Counted from the stretch's first letter, positions 25,951 to 38,940 are shown. The stretch: 64,000 bases of DNA from Chiloscyllium plagiosum (GCF_004010195.1 NC_057710.1:49545753-49609752), one strand, 5' to 3'. Notes: generated by a model from the sequence alone, not told the origin. Translations and numbers: made by a program.

Positions 25951-26827
25951 TTTCTCCCCAGCCCAAAAGAGGTCAGCTCTCACTTGAATTATTTTATTGT
26001 CATGGCCCAGTATACCATTAATTTTGAGTTCATACTTATACACTTTAAAGCTGGACACAGAAGGCTGGAATAAATGGCCATCTAAGGGTTACCTGAATCC
26101 TTTTCTGGATTGAAACCACTCCTTAATCTGTAAAAGGAACAACATTAACATTATAGACTTATATGAATCAATGCCTTCCCTTGGAAATGATTCAAAAGTT
26201 ATTATTATCATTTTGGATGTCTCATTCAGAATGAAAGTTCCTAGCTATCCTAAACTCTCCGCTAGTGAAAGAGCAGGATAGAATGTTGGAATGAGCATTT
26301 ATACACCTCTTTATCTGGAAAAGGACATTGGCAATGTAAAGAGTTACACGACAGGGAAGCCATGTTGTTGCTTGCTTTTAAAATGAGCTGCAGCCTGTTT
26401 TACACACAAAACTAAACCAGAAAGCCATTAAATCAACAATTCAGTGGTCAGAAAGCCAGAACATGATTAACTGCAAGTTACCAATCAGCCAAGGCTCAGA
26501 AATGGTCCACCTTCCGTGAAGGTTACGATCTGCAAAAAACCTCATTAACAATGATTTTTGTGAATGGTGATTATGGCAGACAGTGCATAAGCGGAGCAGT
26601 GCAAGATGCATGCACAGAGTACAGTGCACACTTTCTATTCCAGAAAGTGAGTTTTCTATTAAAGGTTAAATTCATTGGTAAGTGAAAGTTAGATTCACAA
26701 TGTGCAAACATGTGCTTAGAATGTTTTGCACAAATAAGCAAATTTCAGAAAGGTGACACATGAGTAGCAGGACTTGACTTTAATAAACAGTAATACCTTG
26801 GAAGTGAGAAATGCTAATCTCATACAA

Positions 26828-27026
26828 TAGAATCCCTGTAGTGTGGAAAGAGGCCATTCAGCCCTTTCAATCTGCACCGATCCTCCAAAACCCATCCCAC
26901 CCAAATGCAGCTTTCCACCCCATCCCTATAACCTCTAATTTAGCGTGTGTAACCCACCTAGCCTGCACATCCCTGGACACGACAAATAATTTAGCATGGC
27001 TAGTCCACCTCATCTACACATCTTTG
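26828..27026 (-). mobile_element. Old HE1-like SINE 3' half
   Basis: GTGTGGAAAGAGGCCATTCAGCCC and AATTTAGCATGGC. Confidence 0.7.
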
Positions 27027-27368
27027 TACTCTAATAGAGAGAAAGACTCTCCCAACCTTTTCCAACTTCAAATTCACTTTCTTGAATAAACAATTACACA
27101 AAGCCTTAAAATTGTTGAGGACCATTCATTTTACAATGCTACTGTTTAACTATAAATAATCAAAACCTCCTAAGAAACTATAGCCTGCCAAAAAGGAGAC
27201 TGGAGATAGAAAATCAGGTTCTGAGATAATTATAATCTGTAACTGTGTAATACGCCACTTTTATCTAATTTTTGTATGCATGAGAATGAATGCAAGGGAC
27301 ATTATGTTTAATCCAGAATAAATGTGTGAGAAAAATAACCCATTTATTTGTAACTCAATAAATTTTAA

Positions 27369-27675
27369 TAGATTACTTACAGTGCGGAAACAGGCCCGTC
27401 AGCCCAACAAGTCCACACCGACTCGCAACCCACCCATACCCTTACACCTAACACTACGGGCAATTTAGCATGGCCAATTCACCTGACCTGCATATCTTTG
27501 GACTGTGGGAGGAAACCGGAGCACCCAGAGGAAATCCACACAGACACAGGGAGAATGTGCAAACTCCACACAGTCAGTCGCCTGAGGTGGGAATTGAACC
27601 CAGGTCTCTGGCGCTGTGAGGCAGCAGTGCTAACCACTGTGCCACCATGCCACCCATTGTGCCACCATGCCGCCC
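27369..27675 (-). mobile_element. HE1-type V-SINE with duplicated 5' end
   Basis: Full head, V-domain and tail; TGTGCCACCATGCC occurs twice at the 5' end. Confidence 0.9.
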
Positions 27676-27914
27676 ATAATGTTGAGGTTATTTAATTGGA
27701 TCCCACACTCCACAGATAAGAAAACAGTAAGGAAATTGATAAATCTAGTCCACAGAATTATGAATCTGGGAGAATACAACATGAGATTGTGGTTTGCCCC
27801 ATGCTTCCAATATTCTGTGAGAAAATAATCATCTCCTAACCTAGTCCTTCCCATATATAGCTTTGGTCCTCCTTAATTTATTTTGGTAAAACACACATAC
27901 CCCTGTTCTTTGGT

Positions 27915-28969
27915 TGACGAGATAGTTGAACTGATGGGTCAGAGTCAGCATGGATTTATGAAGGGGAAATCATGCTTGACTAATCTTCTGGAATTTTTTG
28001 AGGATGTAACTCTGAAGATGGATGAGGGAGATCCAGTAGATGTAGTGCACCTAGACTTTCAGAAAGCTTTTGATAAAGTCCCATATAGGAGGTTAGTGAG
28101 CAAAATTAGGGCACANNNNNNNNNNNNNNNNNNNNNNNNNNNNNNNNNNNNNNNNNNNNNNNNNNNNNNNNNNNNNNNNNNNNNNNNNNNNNNNNNNNNN
28201 NNNNNNNNNNNNNNNNNNNNNNNNNNNNNNNNNNNNNNNNNNNNNNNNNNNNNNNNNNNNNNNNNNNNNNNNNNNNNNNNNNNNNNNNNNNNNNNNNNNN
28301 NNNNNNNNNNNNNNNNNNNNNNNNNNNNNNNNNNNNNNNNNNNNNNNNNNNNNNNNNNNNNNNNNNNNNNNNNNNNNNNNNNNNNNNNNNNNNNNNNNNN
28401 NNNNNNNNNNNNNNNNNNNNNNNNNNNNNNNNNNNNNNNNNNNNNNNNNNNNNNNNNNNNNNNNNNNNNNNNNNNNNNNNNNNNNNNNNNNNNNNNNNNN
28501 NNNNNNNNNNTACCTTACACTGAAAGACTGGAGTGACTGGGCTTGTATCCCCTTGAGTTTAGAAGACTGAGAGGGGATCTGATTGAGACATATAAGATTA
28601 TTAAAGGATTGGACACTCTGGAGGCAGGAAACATGTTTCCGCTGATGGGTGAGTGCCGAACCAGAGGACACAGCTTAAAAATACGGGCTAGACCATTTAG
28701 GACAGAGATGAGGAGAAACTTCTTCACCCAGAGAATGGTGGCTGTGTGGAATGCTCTGCCCCAGAGGGCAGTGGAGGCCCAGTTTCTGGATTCATTTAAG
28801 AAAGAGTTGGATAGAGCTCTCAAGGATACTGGAATCAAGGGTTATAGAGATAAGGCAGGAACAGGATACTAATTAAGGATGATCAGCTATGATCATATTG
28901 AATGGTGGTGCAGGCTCGAAGGACAGAATGGCCTACTCCTGCACCTATTATCTATTGTCTATTGTCTAT
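27915..28969 (+). mobile_element. Young 5'-truncated CR1 spanning an assembly gap
   Basis: SQHGFMKGKSCLTNLLEFFE, LDFQKAFDKVP, RRLRGDLIETYKII, FFTQRMVAVWN; (CTATTGT)n tail. Confidence 0.92.
28116..28510. other. Assembly gap (395 N)
   Basis: Run of N. Confidence 1.
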
Positions 28970-29355
28970 TATTAATTTTCTGTCTTTGTGCCTTTTTCAA
29001 AGCTGTGATGTCACGCTTTATGTGTGGAGACCAAAACTAGGCATAGCAAGACTCATAAATATCACTGAGATAATTGAGTAAGTAATCTACTTTCATATTG
29101 CCGCTTAAAGGATAAAGGTTGGTTAGGATATTGAAAGAAATATCTACTCTATTTCAAATAGTTCCTTTGAATCTTTTACATCTTTCTGAAGAGAGAAATG
29201 AGGCCCTAGTTTAAGGGTTCAGGTTTTGCAGTCAGAAGTGCATTAGGGATGAAACAGGAGCCCTCACTCTTGAACTTGCAGTAAAACTGCACCAAGAGAT
29301 TTAGTGATCCCTGTGGCAAAAACATTTTTGTCTGACATGCGGCTAATTGTGGGGG

Positions 29356-29653
29356 CTCAGTGGCCTCACAGTGCCAGGGACCTGGGTTCAATTCTGGCCT
29401 CGGGCGACTATCTGTGTGGAGTCTCCCCATGTCTGCGTGGGTTTCTTCCGGGTGCTCTGGTTTCCTCCCACAATCTAAAAATGTGCAGGTCAGGTGAATT
29501 GGCCATGCTAAATTGCCCATAATGTTAAGTGCATTAGTCAGGGCTAAATGTAGGATCGGGGAATGGGTCTGAGTGGGTTACCGTTCGGAGGGTCAGTGTG
29601 GACTTGTTGGGCTGAAGGGTCTGTTTCCATAACGTAGGGAATCTAATCTAATC
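29356..29653 (+). mobile_element. HE1-type V-SINE
   Basis: GGTTCAATTC B box, V-domain, (CTAAT)n tail. Confidence 0.88.
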
Positions 29654-31499
29654 AATTGAAAAGTCACTCTCCAATGATATCATCTATCTGACCATGCATC
29701 CGATCACACTGAAGTATCCAGATACCAACCAGGAAATGAAAAACACAACTAATCAGATTCTTTTCCAGAAATTTTCGGAGAGTGACATAATAATTAAAGT
29801 ATTCACATGAGGTTAAGGAAGAAGCTGAAATATTATCAGCAAATATTCCAACTTTAGCACGTTAAAAAATTTTTTTAAGAAGTCTGTAATTAGTCATAAT
29901 GAAGTCAATGCAACAACAACCACAAAATTAAATTCTTTTACAAGGTCAGATCAGTTGTTCAGCAGGAGATCACTGTTAAAAACCCAGTTACACTGGACTG
30001 AGAAAGGCTTAAACTTCTAACAGAAATTTGAAAATAGAAAACAGGATGTTCTCAAAAGGTCAGTCAACTTGCTCTGTTTATTCAGGCTTTCTGGTCAGAT
30101 CCCAGCTACCCCCAACTCCAATGATGCCTCTTCAAGATGCCTAAGTGACGGTCATATTCTTGCCTTGTATTTGCTGCCTCATCTGTAGCCACTTGTATTT
30201 GTGGTGATGTAGAGCTGTCAGCCCTTTTGATTGGATGGGGATCACTTTCAGGAGATGAGTTGGGTATTGGGGAGGGGTGACAGAGGTGTGGCAATTGTGC
30301 GGGGAACAGAAGAAAGGAGGGGGGAAGATTGGGAGTAAGTGAACTGTGACTGAACAGGGACACAATCTTAGGGGTGGTCACTAACAGCAATGTGTCTCAA
30401 TGCATCTCACTTTCAGATTAGTCCTGCGCTCAGCTCTGGCAGTTGGTGTTGGGAATTCAGCTGTCTGCATAACGTTTGGCAAACAGCTCCAAAAGTATAA
30501 CACAACCCAGAATTAAGCACTTCTGCTCTTTGCTTAGCCTAGTGGTAGTTTCACTGAGCAAATACACACATGACAGGATAAGAAAATGAATCAATTTTAA
30601 CATTTTGGTTATGTATATATAGGCAGCTGCAAAAAGAACACAAATCTGCCAAAATATCATTTTAAAAAAAATCTGGCAGTATGAAGAGACTGAAAAAGCA
30701 ATTATTAAAGTTATTTATGTGTGATTACAAAATAGAAAAATTCTTCTAGGTCAACAGAATAGTGTGAACTGCTGCCGAATATGGCCCTGTTTCTTAGTCG
30801 CAGACCGTACATGTCCTTAGAATGGAGTGGGCCTCTTAAAAGCATTCACCATTCAGTTTCCCAGTAGTTAAATAACATTCATTTCTAAGAGTCAGTCACC
30901 ACTTTAAAAGGAAAGCTGTTGTCATGTGCTTGATGTTATATGATCTGAAAGACATTGGCTAAAACAGAATAGAATCATCAGTCAAAGAGTGATTAGATTC
31001 GGTGAAAAGTGAATTACATCATCAGTGTGAAAGAAACAAAATGAGCAAGTTAGGAGGGGCTTGAGGAATACTAGATTGATTGAAAAATCATCAGACTGTC
31101 ATCCATAAACATTAGTGCAGTGGAGTAGGAGGATTTGAGAAGACACTCATTAGCCATGAATATTATTTCTGTTTGAGGCCAGAGAAAGGTGCCGGACTCT
31201 GAGTTAGAGATGATTGAATAATATTCAGGAACAAAGTTCCAGAGATTGGCGATTATAGGAATGTAAAATGGAAAGTGAAATGGCAATGCCAATGAAAGTC
31301 ATAAATATATTTCAAAGATTAAGAGCAGATCTTTCAATTTTATGCACAATTTGGGAATTGATGATGGTCTCCATAACTTTAGAAATTGAGTCATGTCAGA
31401 TCAAAATGAGGTCCTTCGGAGAATAAAGGTGATTATTTTTCTGAAGAATAGAGACACATTTTCAAACAAGAAGGAAGATGGAGTAGGACTAATAGACAT

Positions 31500-31795
31500 T
31501 GGAACATAGGAACAGAGAAACATAAGCAATAAGGACAGGAGTAACCCATTTAGCCTCTCAAGTCTGCTCCATCAAATCTTAACTAACTTCAACCTTAATG
31601 CCATTTTACAATGCAATCCCCATTTATCTTAATGTGTTTAATATCTAGAATTTTATCGGTTTTTTTTCTGCAATATACTCAATGAATGGGCCTCTGTAGT
31701 TGTCTGGGAGCTGACATTCCAAAGATATATCTCCCTCGGAGTGAAGAAAATCTTCTTCATTCCAGTCTCAAATGGCCTATATCTTATTCTGATAT
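31500..31795 (-). mobile_element. Old CR1 3' end
   Basis: Reverse tail ACAGGAGTA.CCCATTTAGCC and GAGTGAAGAAA.TC.TC.TCAT.CCAGTC. Confidence 0.7.
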
Positions 31796-34169
31796 TAGAC
31801 TGTAATGGAAAAATGCAAATCAAAACATCTTGAAGATAATAAATTTGATACGTTCAGGGTGAGAATTTTTAATGGAATCCAAAAGTGGAAGACCAGACAT
31901 ATATTTGGGTAGAACACCTCACATATATGATAGAACATGTTGTGATGAGGGGCAACCATTGACTGCTTTCATTAAGATTAGAGTTGGGAGAGTAAAGTGA
32001 GACAAAATAATTGATTTCATCTTTTGGAAAATGATCATTTGTTCTAATACTCATGCGAATATGGCAGGTTAGCTTGTTTCAGAGATGGATTAGTGCACTA
32101 AAAACTAAACTGGTTTCGGGAACAAGTTTAAGCTCCCAACTTTTCCTGAAAACTAGCAGTGCCTTGATCAGATTGGCAGATAGAGCTCTATATGGATTAT
32201 TTCGCTGTAAGGAGAAGAAAAGTAACATACGAAATCTCTTGTCAACTTATTACTATCTCTCTCTCTCTCCTCAGCTGAAGGGGGTAAACAAGGACTGAAA
32301 GTCAAGTTGAAGACCTAAGCTTGAGAAAGAAACCAGCACTTTTAAGAATAGTTTTTTTTGTTATTATAGATATGCTATATGCCTTCACAGTTATTTATTT
32401 ATAATGGCACAGCATATTTAGTTGACAGCTGATAGCACACAATAAGATCTTACAGATGTGATAATAACACTGTAAGGGAAGTATAAATAAAACATTACAC
32501 AGCAAGAATGAAATATTGAAAACAAATATGAGAAGAAAAAAGTGCAGCAGAGTAAACAGTATGATGATTATAACAAGTGCCAATAAAGTTGTCATGATTA
32601 GAGGAATGGTTCAACAGTAAGTGACTATACAGTAACCATTTGAATACTGATGAGAGCTGGCTGATACCAGTGGATAGTAGATTGCATATATTGGAGCAGA
32701 AAATGCAGAGGCGAACATTGTAATTACCATGCACTTTGGGAAACAGGCAATTAAGGCTGGCACTAGATTTGATTTTTTTTTTGCGTAAGAACTAGATGAG
32801 CCCAGAGAGAGTATGCATAAAGATATTCTGCTCCAAGCTAGTGAAAACACTTGATAATGAAAATTAAAAATGAAAATTTATACACCCTGCCCAACAGAAC
32901 CTGTTTCACCTAAAGAAGTAGAAGCTGAAGCAATTGTTTTGACTTTTGGTTGGGATAAGAGAGGGTCTAATCACCTTTCAAACTACAGCCTGAATTCATT
33001 TCAACAAGAGCCTTGTTATTTACAGACTTACTATTAACACAGTAGAATTCTATATCTGCTCAGAGTGTCTCCTCCATGAGAGCTTTTTCCAGAATCTCTT
33101 CTACTGGTTACGTAACTTTACATATTCATAATATCATCATTAAATGCATGCTATTAACCCATATTTACTCATTTCTCCCAAAGTCTTTGTCACCATTATT
33201 TACATTTTCCCCTATCTCCAACCCCATCGTCTCCAATGTTAGACTTAGTCTCTGAAGCAGTTTTACAACTCTCTCTGACCTTGTTAAAAAAAGGTTTCTA
33301 AGGTTAATTGTCCAGTGTGTTCTCTTTTCTTTTATCTTGACTGTGCAATTCTTGGGAAATTGTAGTTTCCGGCAGGTCTCCACTCCCTTCAAGGTCAGAA
33401 TAGCACGTCCATGTTTGTATTAGTTTTCCTTTCAAAGATGCTAAAGCTGTTTGATTTCCCCCATAATACTTTGTGATATATATTCTGAATATGATCTTGG
33501 CTCTTCTCTTTTCTATCTTGGTGTTGGTCTTGGATCCATACTCCTTCCCTGGTTGAAGAACTGGTCAGTCTCTTGTTAGATGCTGGTGCCTAATCTTCCT
33601 TTGTTTTTCTCTCTAGATTTCGTCACTTTTTATCATTCTAACATGGTCTTCCATAGTAAAAGGGGGTTTCAATTTTCCAGATAGCTATAGAAATCACACT
33701 CACAGCCTTCCTCCCAACAATAATCCTATCGGAGTTAATCCATTTTGCAATGTTGATCAGCTATATCTCAATAGAGCCAAATAATGTCATTGTTATTCTT
33801 CAGAATTTCTTTAAAAGTCCAAACTCTTCTCCTTGATTCATCATTTGCTTCTCGGTAGTAAGGTATAATCCTTACATAAATGAAGCTACACTTTCTGGCA
33901 AATTATCTAAAAAGCAAATTTGTGAACTCTGATCTATTGCAAGCATATCAAGAATACTTTGAGTTGAATAGAATTGTTTAATGCTTTTATCACATTGTCT
34001 GCTATAATACCATGTAGACAATTTATCCTATATGCATTGATAATAAGATTAAAATTTCAAATCTTCCTGAGGCATTGATGGAAACAATAGTGGTAGTAAA
34101 CTTTCTTTCCTTTTCGATTGCTGAGAGCATAGATTTGACAGTTGGATATTAAATAGTCATTGGGCAGCA

Positions 34170-34590
34170 GAGAACTTGAATATTACTGAGACTTGACATA
34201 TTTTGTCAATACGTTTCACTTTGCACTCATCAGGACATTCAGAAGAATACCATTATACAGGGGAGCAACAATTTATACTGTATGAGAGGAGAGTGCTAAT
34301 TGGTTGGCAAGTGAGCTCCAATTTGCACAGGCATTGTAGTGGAGAATGCATCAGTTGCTGACAGCCAGTTAACTGCCAAGCTTTGTTTAAATGCAAGCTA
34401 CATAGGTTGACACTGATTGGTCAAGGCATAGCCCTAAAACATGAACCAGAGAATGACTTGCATATTTTGTTGAGCTATAACAGCATAATGTGTGTACATA
34501 TTATTCCTTTCTGCAAAGAGCAGAGCTCTATTTATTAATAAAGATGGCATTCTGTATTCATGAATGTGCCATATAGACATACAGATTAGC
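34170..34590 (-). mobile_element. Old Penelope-like pLTR of a third family
   Basis: Minus-strand hammerhead motif at one end and repeated CCAATCAG-like boxes. Extent is approximate. Confidence 0.5.
34204..34237 (-). ncRNA. Minimal hammerhead motif, degenerate
   Basis: Minus strand reads UGUC-CUGAUGA-GUGCAAAGU-GAAA-CGUA-UU-GACA. Helix I UGUC/GACA and both core boxes are present, helix II is weak, and N17 is U. Confidence 0.6.
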
Positions 34591-34917
34591 AATAAAAACA
34601 TCATATGATTATGGATGGTTTATTAGTCTGTTGTACTGGTTTATTGAGTTGGGTCAGGCCAATGTAGATCCCAATATCTTCCCTTGGATTTAGAAACAGT
34701 AATCTAAACACATTAGTGGTAGTTCCATCAAACAAATAATCCAATGGTATTGCTTTGCCTTCACTTTATTCATTAGTGTGTGTAATACTATTCTTGAAGA
34801 AAAAAGATAAATTGTTTAAAATGCAGTGAGCATTCGGAGGAAACTCGCCATTTCTTACCAAATTTGCCTCATTAACTATTGACGCCAATCCTTCTGGCAT
34901 TCTTCACATCCTAACAC

Positions 34918-35231
34918 TAAACCCAACTTGTCCGGACTTGTCCTACCTGCCAATCTCCTTTTCCACCTATCCACTCTACCCTCTCCTCCCTGACCTATCA
35001 CCTTCATCCCCTCCCCCACTCACCTATTGTATTCTATGCTACTTTCTCCCCACCCCCACCCTCCTCTAGCTTATCTCTCCATGCTTCAGCCTCACTGCCT
35101 TTATTCCTGATGAAGGGCTTTTGCCCGAAACGTCGATTTCACTGTTCCTTGGATGCTGCCTGAACTGCTATGCTCTTCCAGCACCACTAATCCAGAATCT
35201 GGTTTCCAGCAAATGCAATCACAGTTTTTAC
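34918..35231 (+). mobile_element. Penelope-like pLTR, 5'-truncated
   Basis: CT-rich body, hammerhead, and a 3' end shared with 9063-9159. Possible diverged TSD CATC(C/T)TA(A/C)CAC at 34907-34917 and 35232-35242. Confidence 0.75.
35103..35138 (+). ncRNA. Minimal type I hammerhead ribozyme motif, intact core
   Basis: CUGAUGA 35107-35113; helix II GGGC/UUUU/GCCC; GAAA 35127-35130; palindromic ACGU; GUC cut after 35134; helix I AUUC/GAUU with one mismatch. Confidence 0.78.
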
Positions 35232-36449
35232 CATCTTACCACACACCATTCCTGGAGCTAGTTATAATATATCCACCAAGAGACTGGCATTTCTTGCAAT
35301 CAAACCCTATTTAAACGACTACTGTACACTTGGACCAGCTTTGGCAATCTGGCGTTGTCCTCATCACTAACATAATGGCACAGCAGTCTCAAAGCCAAGC
35401 TGCTCAGGGCACATAATGGGTACGGCTGACTGTTGGTGAAGCATTCATAAAGACAACCTCAACATCCTACTAGGCAGATCCACACAGGCAAGCCTCACAA
35501 GCAGCTTGGCTGTATGTTTGAGCTGTATAGCACATCAAACAGCATTACCAATAGTTTTTGGTTCTGTCTGAAATGCCAACACACTGCCAAACATGGCAAG
35601 GTAAGCTGGAGCATGTAAGTAGGTGCTAAGTGACTGAGCACTCAGAGACCAAGTAAGCCATTCTGAGATGCAGCCTGATCTAATCCATGTACTGGGGTCC
35701 TTATGGCTGGTGTGTCCTGCAATGCAGTTGTGTGCTTCCTAAATGGCCTGCAAGTAATTCAGAGATGTGCCAGGTTGATCATGGGTATTGAAAGATGTCA
35801 CTGCCAATGTCCATGGACTGAGGGTACAGTGTGTGTGGCCGGTGCCTGTGCATCATGCCCTGAGCTGCTGTTTGGTCTGAGCAACATGGAGGCTCCTTGC
35901 AGCCAGTGATGAACTGATGTCACCAGGTACCCACACCGAGTTCCATGTCGAGAGTTCTCCATGTCTAGCTTACTCCGCAAATTTAGTAGATAGGCAACTA
36001 CATATTAATGAGGTGAATTGCTGTGCTAATAAGACAAGACTAAAACCCCCTCTAATAAGACAAGGCTAAAACCAACTCAACACTGCCTCGTTAGAAACTC
36101 ACCTCGCCACTCAGCAAAACATAAAAATGTAATGACATCAAGATACGTCTTGCTGGACATCTCTCACAGGATTCTGCCACAAACCATAGCCCATGTTGCT
36201 GAGACCCTGATAAAACTCCAACTATCATGTCTTATTTCAATGTCTTTATATTTTAATCTTGTCATGATCTAAACCTCTGTATTTAAGCTTGTTCTTCCTG
36301 AACCCTGCAGTTAGGTTGAAGGTTGAACTTGATGTGTTGTAACCATTGTAATAAACCAGGCAGTATGATAACAATTGATCCAGGGTCTAGTTTAAACTCA
36401 ATAGAAGCCCCCTCTCCACCTCAAGATTTCATGACCAGTATTTACTGAT

Positions 36450-38110
36450 TGGGTCATTGATTGTTCCTGGAATGTTTAGCTTGTGTGGATGTGATTCTCC
36501 AACTTCCTGGACCTGGTTACATTTTGTTGCAGTTTACATTCACTACTCGCAGGCGGAAATGACAGATTATTTTAAAATGAGCTCATTTGCCATAATTGTG
36601 GTATTCAGCTCCCCCTGCTGGACAGTCTTATTTCCGTTGACTCTGAAGTTTTTCAAAATGGCAGATCACATTCTTTCATTTCTGTTGGTGTGCTTTTACT
36701 TTGGCATCTTTTCTGCTTTTAGGCCGACAAATTGAACAGACTCTTTTGCTTCTTCCACCGACCCTCAGACTTTCTGTGAATTATCTGCAATGTTGTTTCT
36801 TTAATTGTCTCATGAGCTGTAACACTTTGTGAATATTGGATCTTCCTTTGATTGCAAAAATTCAGACAATACCTCATCTATCCTCCCAGTGACTATGAGA
36901 TCCCAGAGTAATTCATTCTTTAGATCACCATACACATACTTTCTAGCTGCTCTGTCAAGGTCATTGAGAAAGAAAACAGTTTCCTGATCTCTTCCTCTCT
37001 TTGTTAAACTTAGCTTGTTAATAGTCAACAGTTGGTGAAAAAGGTTTTTGGCATACTTGCTTTCATCGATCAGAGTATTGAGTATAGGAGCTGGGATGTC
37101 TTATTGAGGCTGTGTAAGACATGAGTAAAGTCACATTTGGATTACTGCATGCAGTTCTGGGTGCCCTCCTATAGAAAGGATATAATTGGCATACTTGCTT
37201 TCATCGATCAGAGTATTGAGTATAGGAGCTGGGATGTCTTATTGAGGCTGTGTAAGACATGAGTAAAGTCAATTTGGATTACTGCATGCAGTTCTGGGTG
37301 CCCTACTATAGAAAGGATATAATTAAACTAGAAAGAGTGCAGAAAAAAATTACTAGGATGCTCCCTGGGCTGGAAGCTTTGAGTTATAAGGAGAGATTGG
37401 ATAGGCTGGAACTTTTTTTTTGCTGGTGTGTAGGAAACTGAGGGGTGACCTTATAAAAGTTTATAACATCATGAGTGATATGGATAAGGTAGATAGCCAA
37501 CTACTATTCCCCATGATAGTGGAGTCTAAAACTAAAGGACACATGTTTAAGGTGAGAGGAGAGAGATTCAAAAGGATCCAGAGGGGACATTTTAATGCAG
37601 AGGGTGGTGAATGTATGGAATAGACTGCCAGGGGTAATGGTGAGGTGAGAACAATTTTGTCATTTAAGAAACATTTGGACAAATATGTGGATGGGATAGG
37701 TATGGAGGGATAGGGACCATATATAGGCAAATGGGATTAGACTCGTTGTGAAAACAGGGCATCATGGACAAGTTGGATTGAAGGGCCTATTTTCCATGCT
37801 GTAAGCCTCTATGACTTTATGACTGCAGTAGTCAATCTTTTTGGAGGCTGAAATATCCATTAAAGACTTCCAGGACTCAATTGTGAGAGGATAAGTCTCA
37901 TTCACTCTTTGATGGGTCAAATATTACTTAAGATGTTTCTGATAGAACAGAGTACCAACCAGAATGCACTGGTCCTTTTTATTCAACCCTGACAAAATGT
38001 TTTCACCAGTTCTCCCAGTGAGCATGTGGGCCTTGAACATTCAGGAACAGCTCTGGAAGTGATAGTGATGATGTTGTTATCATTTGGAGCCCTGTGGCTG
38101 CTGTTTCTTC
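36450..38110 (-). mobile_element. Decayed Gypsy LTR-retrotransposon gag region, split by the CR1 at 37027-37823
   Basis: ORF 36810-37028 reads FLNDLDRAARKYVYGDLKNELLWDLIVTGRIDEVLSEFLQSKED, matching the Gypsy gag pattern F..DL..LA..C.YG.L..ELIRD.IV.G..D..LS..LQ. Outer limits are uncertain. Confidence 0.65.
37027..37823 (+). mobile_element. CR1 3' fragment with an internal 138-bp tandem duplication
   Basis: LDYCMQFWVP, KLERVQK, LRGDLIKVY; CTATGACTTTATGACT tail. Copies at 37048-37185 and 37186-37322. Confidence 0.9.
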
Positions 38111-38449
38111 AAGCTCTGTTATATTTTTCTGTTTTAGGATTCTGGATCTGCTTCCCATTCACACTGACTAATTGAAGACTTTAGCTTCTCGATCAGCTGT
38201 TCAAGTACCTATTTGCTCACAGAATCAAAAGTTAAAGAACAGTTTGGTTCAGGTTCACATTCTTCATCACAAGATGCCAAACCAGGTTATATAACTGAGT
38301 CGAAGATTACTATTATAATTGTAGCACTGAAACATGACTGAGCACTCAGAAAGAAATAATATTTGTTTTGAATACCTACACAATGCTTGGGTCATGTATA
38401 TAAGCTCCTAGAGAAGATGCAATTGCTCTTGTAGATATTTTGTGGAAGA

Positions 38450-38940
38450 TAAATAGCTGAGCGGTAACCATCAATGAAAGCAAACTATTTACAATGATCA
38501 TTTTATAAAAGAATCTGTTGTGTTCTTTCCTCAAGGTTAACAGTAAGGAGCTGCTAAGATAGCCACTGAGAGACCGAGGACTTTTCAGTGGAAAGAACAT
38601 CAGACGCAACAGATATAGATGGGTTACTATCGAGAGAGACAACATTGTCTGCATACATAAAATATGTTTTTTTTCCTTTAGCAGAAATACATTGGATATA
38701 GTTTATGTATAACACAAAATAGAAATGGGCCAAGAACAAAGCCTTAAGAGATGGCATCAGATATAAAGTGTACAGATACATAACCCTACAATCTATGCAC
38801 ATTTTCAACTTAAATTGGATAGCTATCAAGAAAACAAGCCTGTCATTATATCATGATGTTCACAGTGGCAAATTTTATAGCCAGAAGCAGACAAGCTTTA
38901 GAAACACAGCATTAGCGCACTGGTGCTTACTCATAACTAA
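38450..38940 (-). mobile_element. Ancient non-LTR RT remnant
   Basis: ORF 38554-38829 contains FVLYIN...FMYADN (RT domains 4-5). The upstream DNA encodes a frameshifted QGFVLGPFLF. Confidence 0.6.

Noticed and set aside
27883-28671. 217-aa and 192-aa ORFs
   Set aside because: They run through the N gap. The flanks are CR1 ORF2, and the gap is probably shorter than the missing RT sequence.
30260-30340. G-rich tract with possible G-quadruplex; also the poly-C run at ~21670
   Set aside because: The G-runs are irregular with long loops and there is no supporting context. Such tracts are common by chance.
32647-32680. Other isolated CTGANGA matches (e.g. 8559, 18733, 32647)
   Set aside because: There is no hairpin followed by GAAA, so they are not hammerheads.
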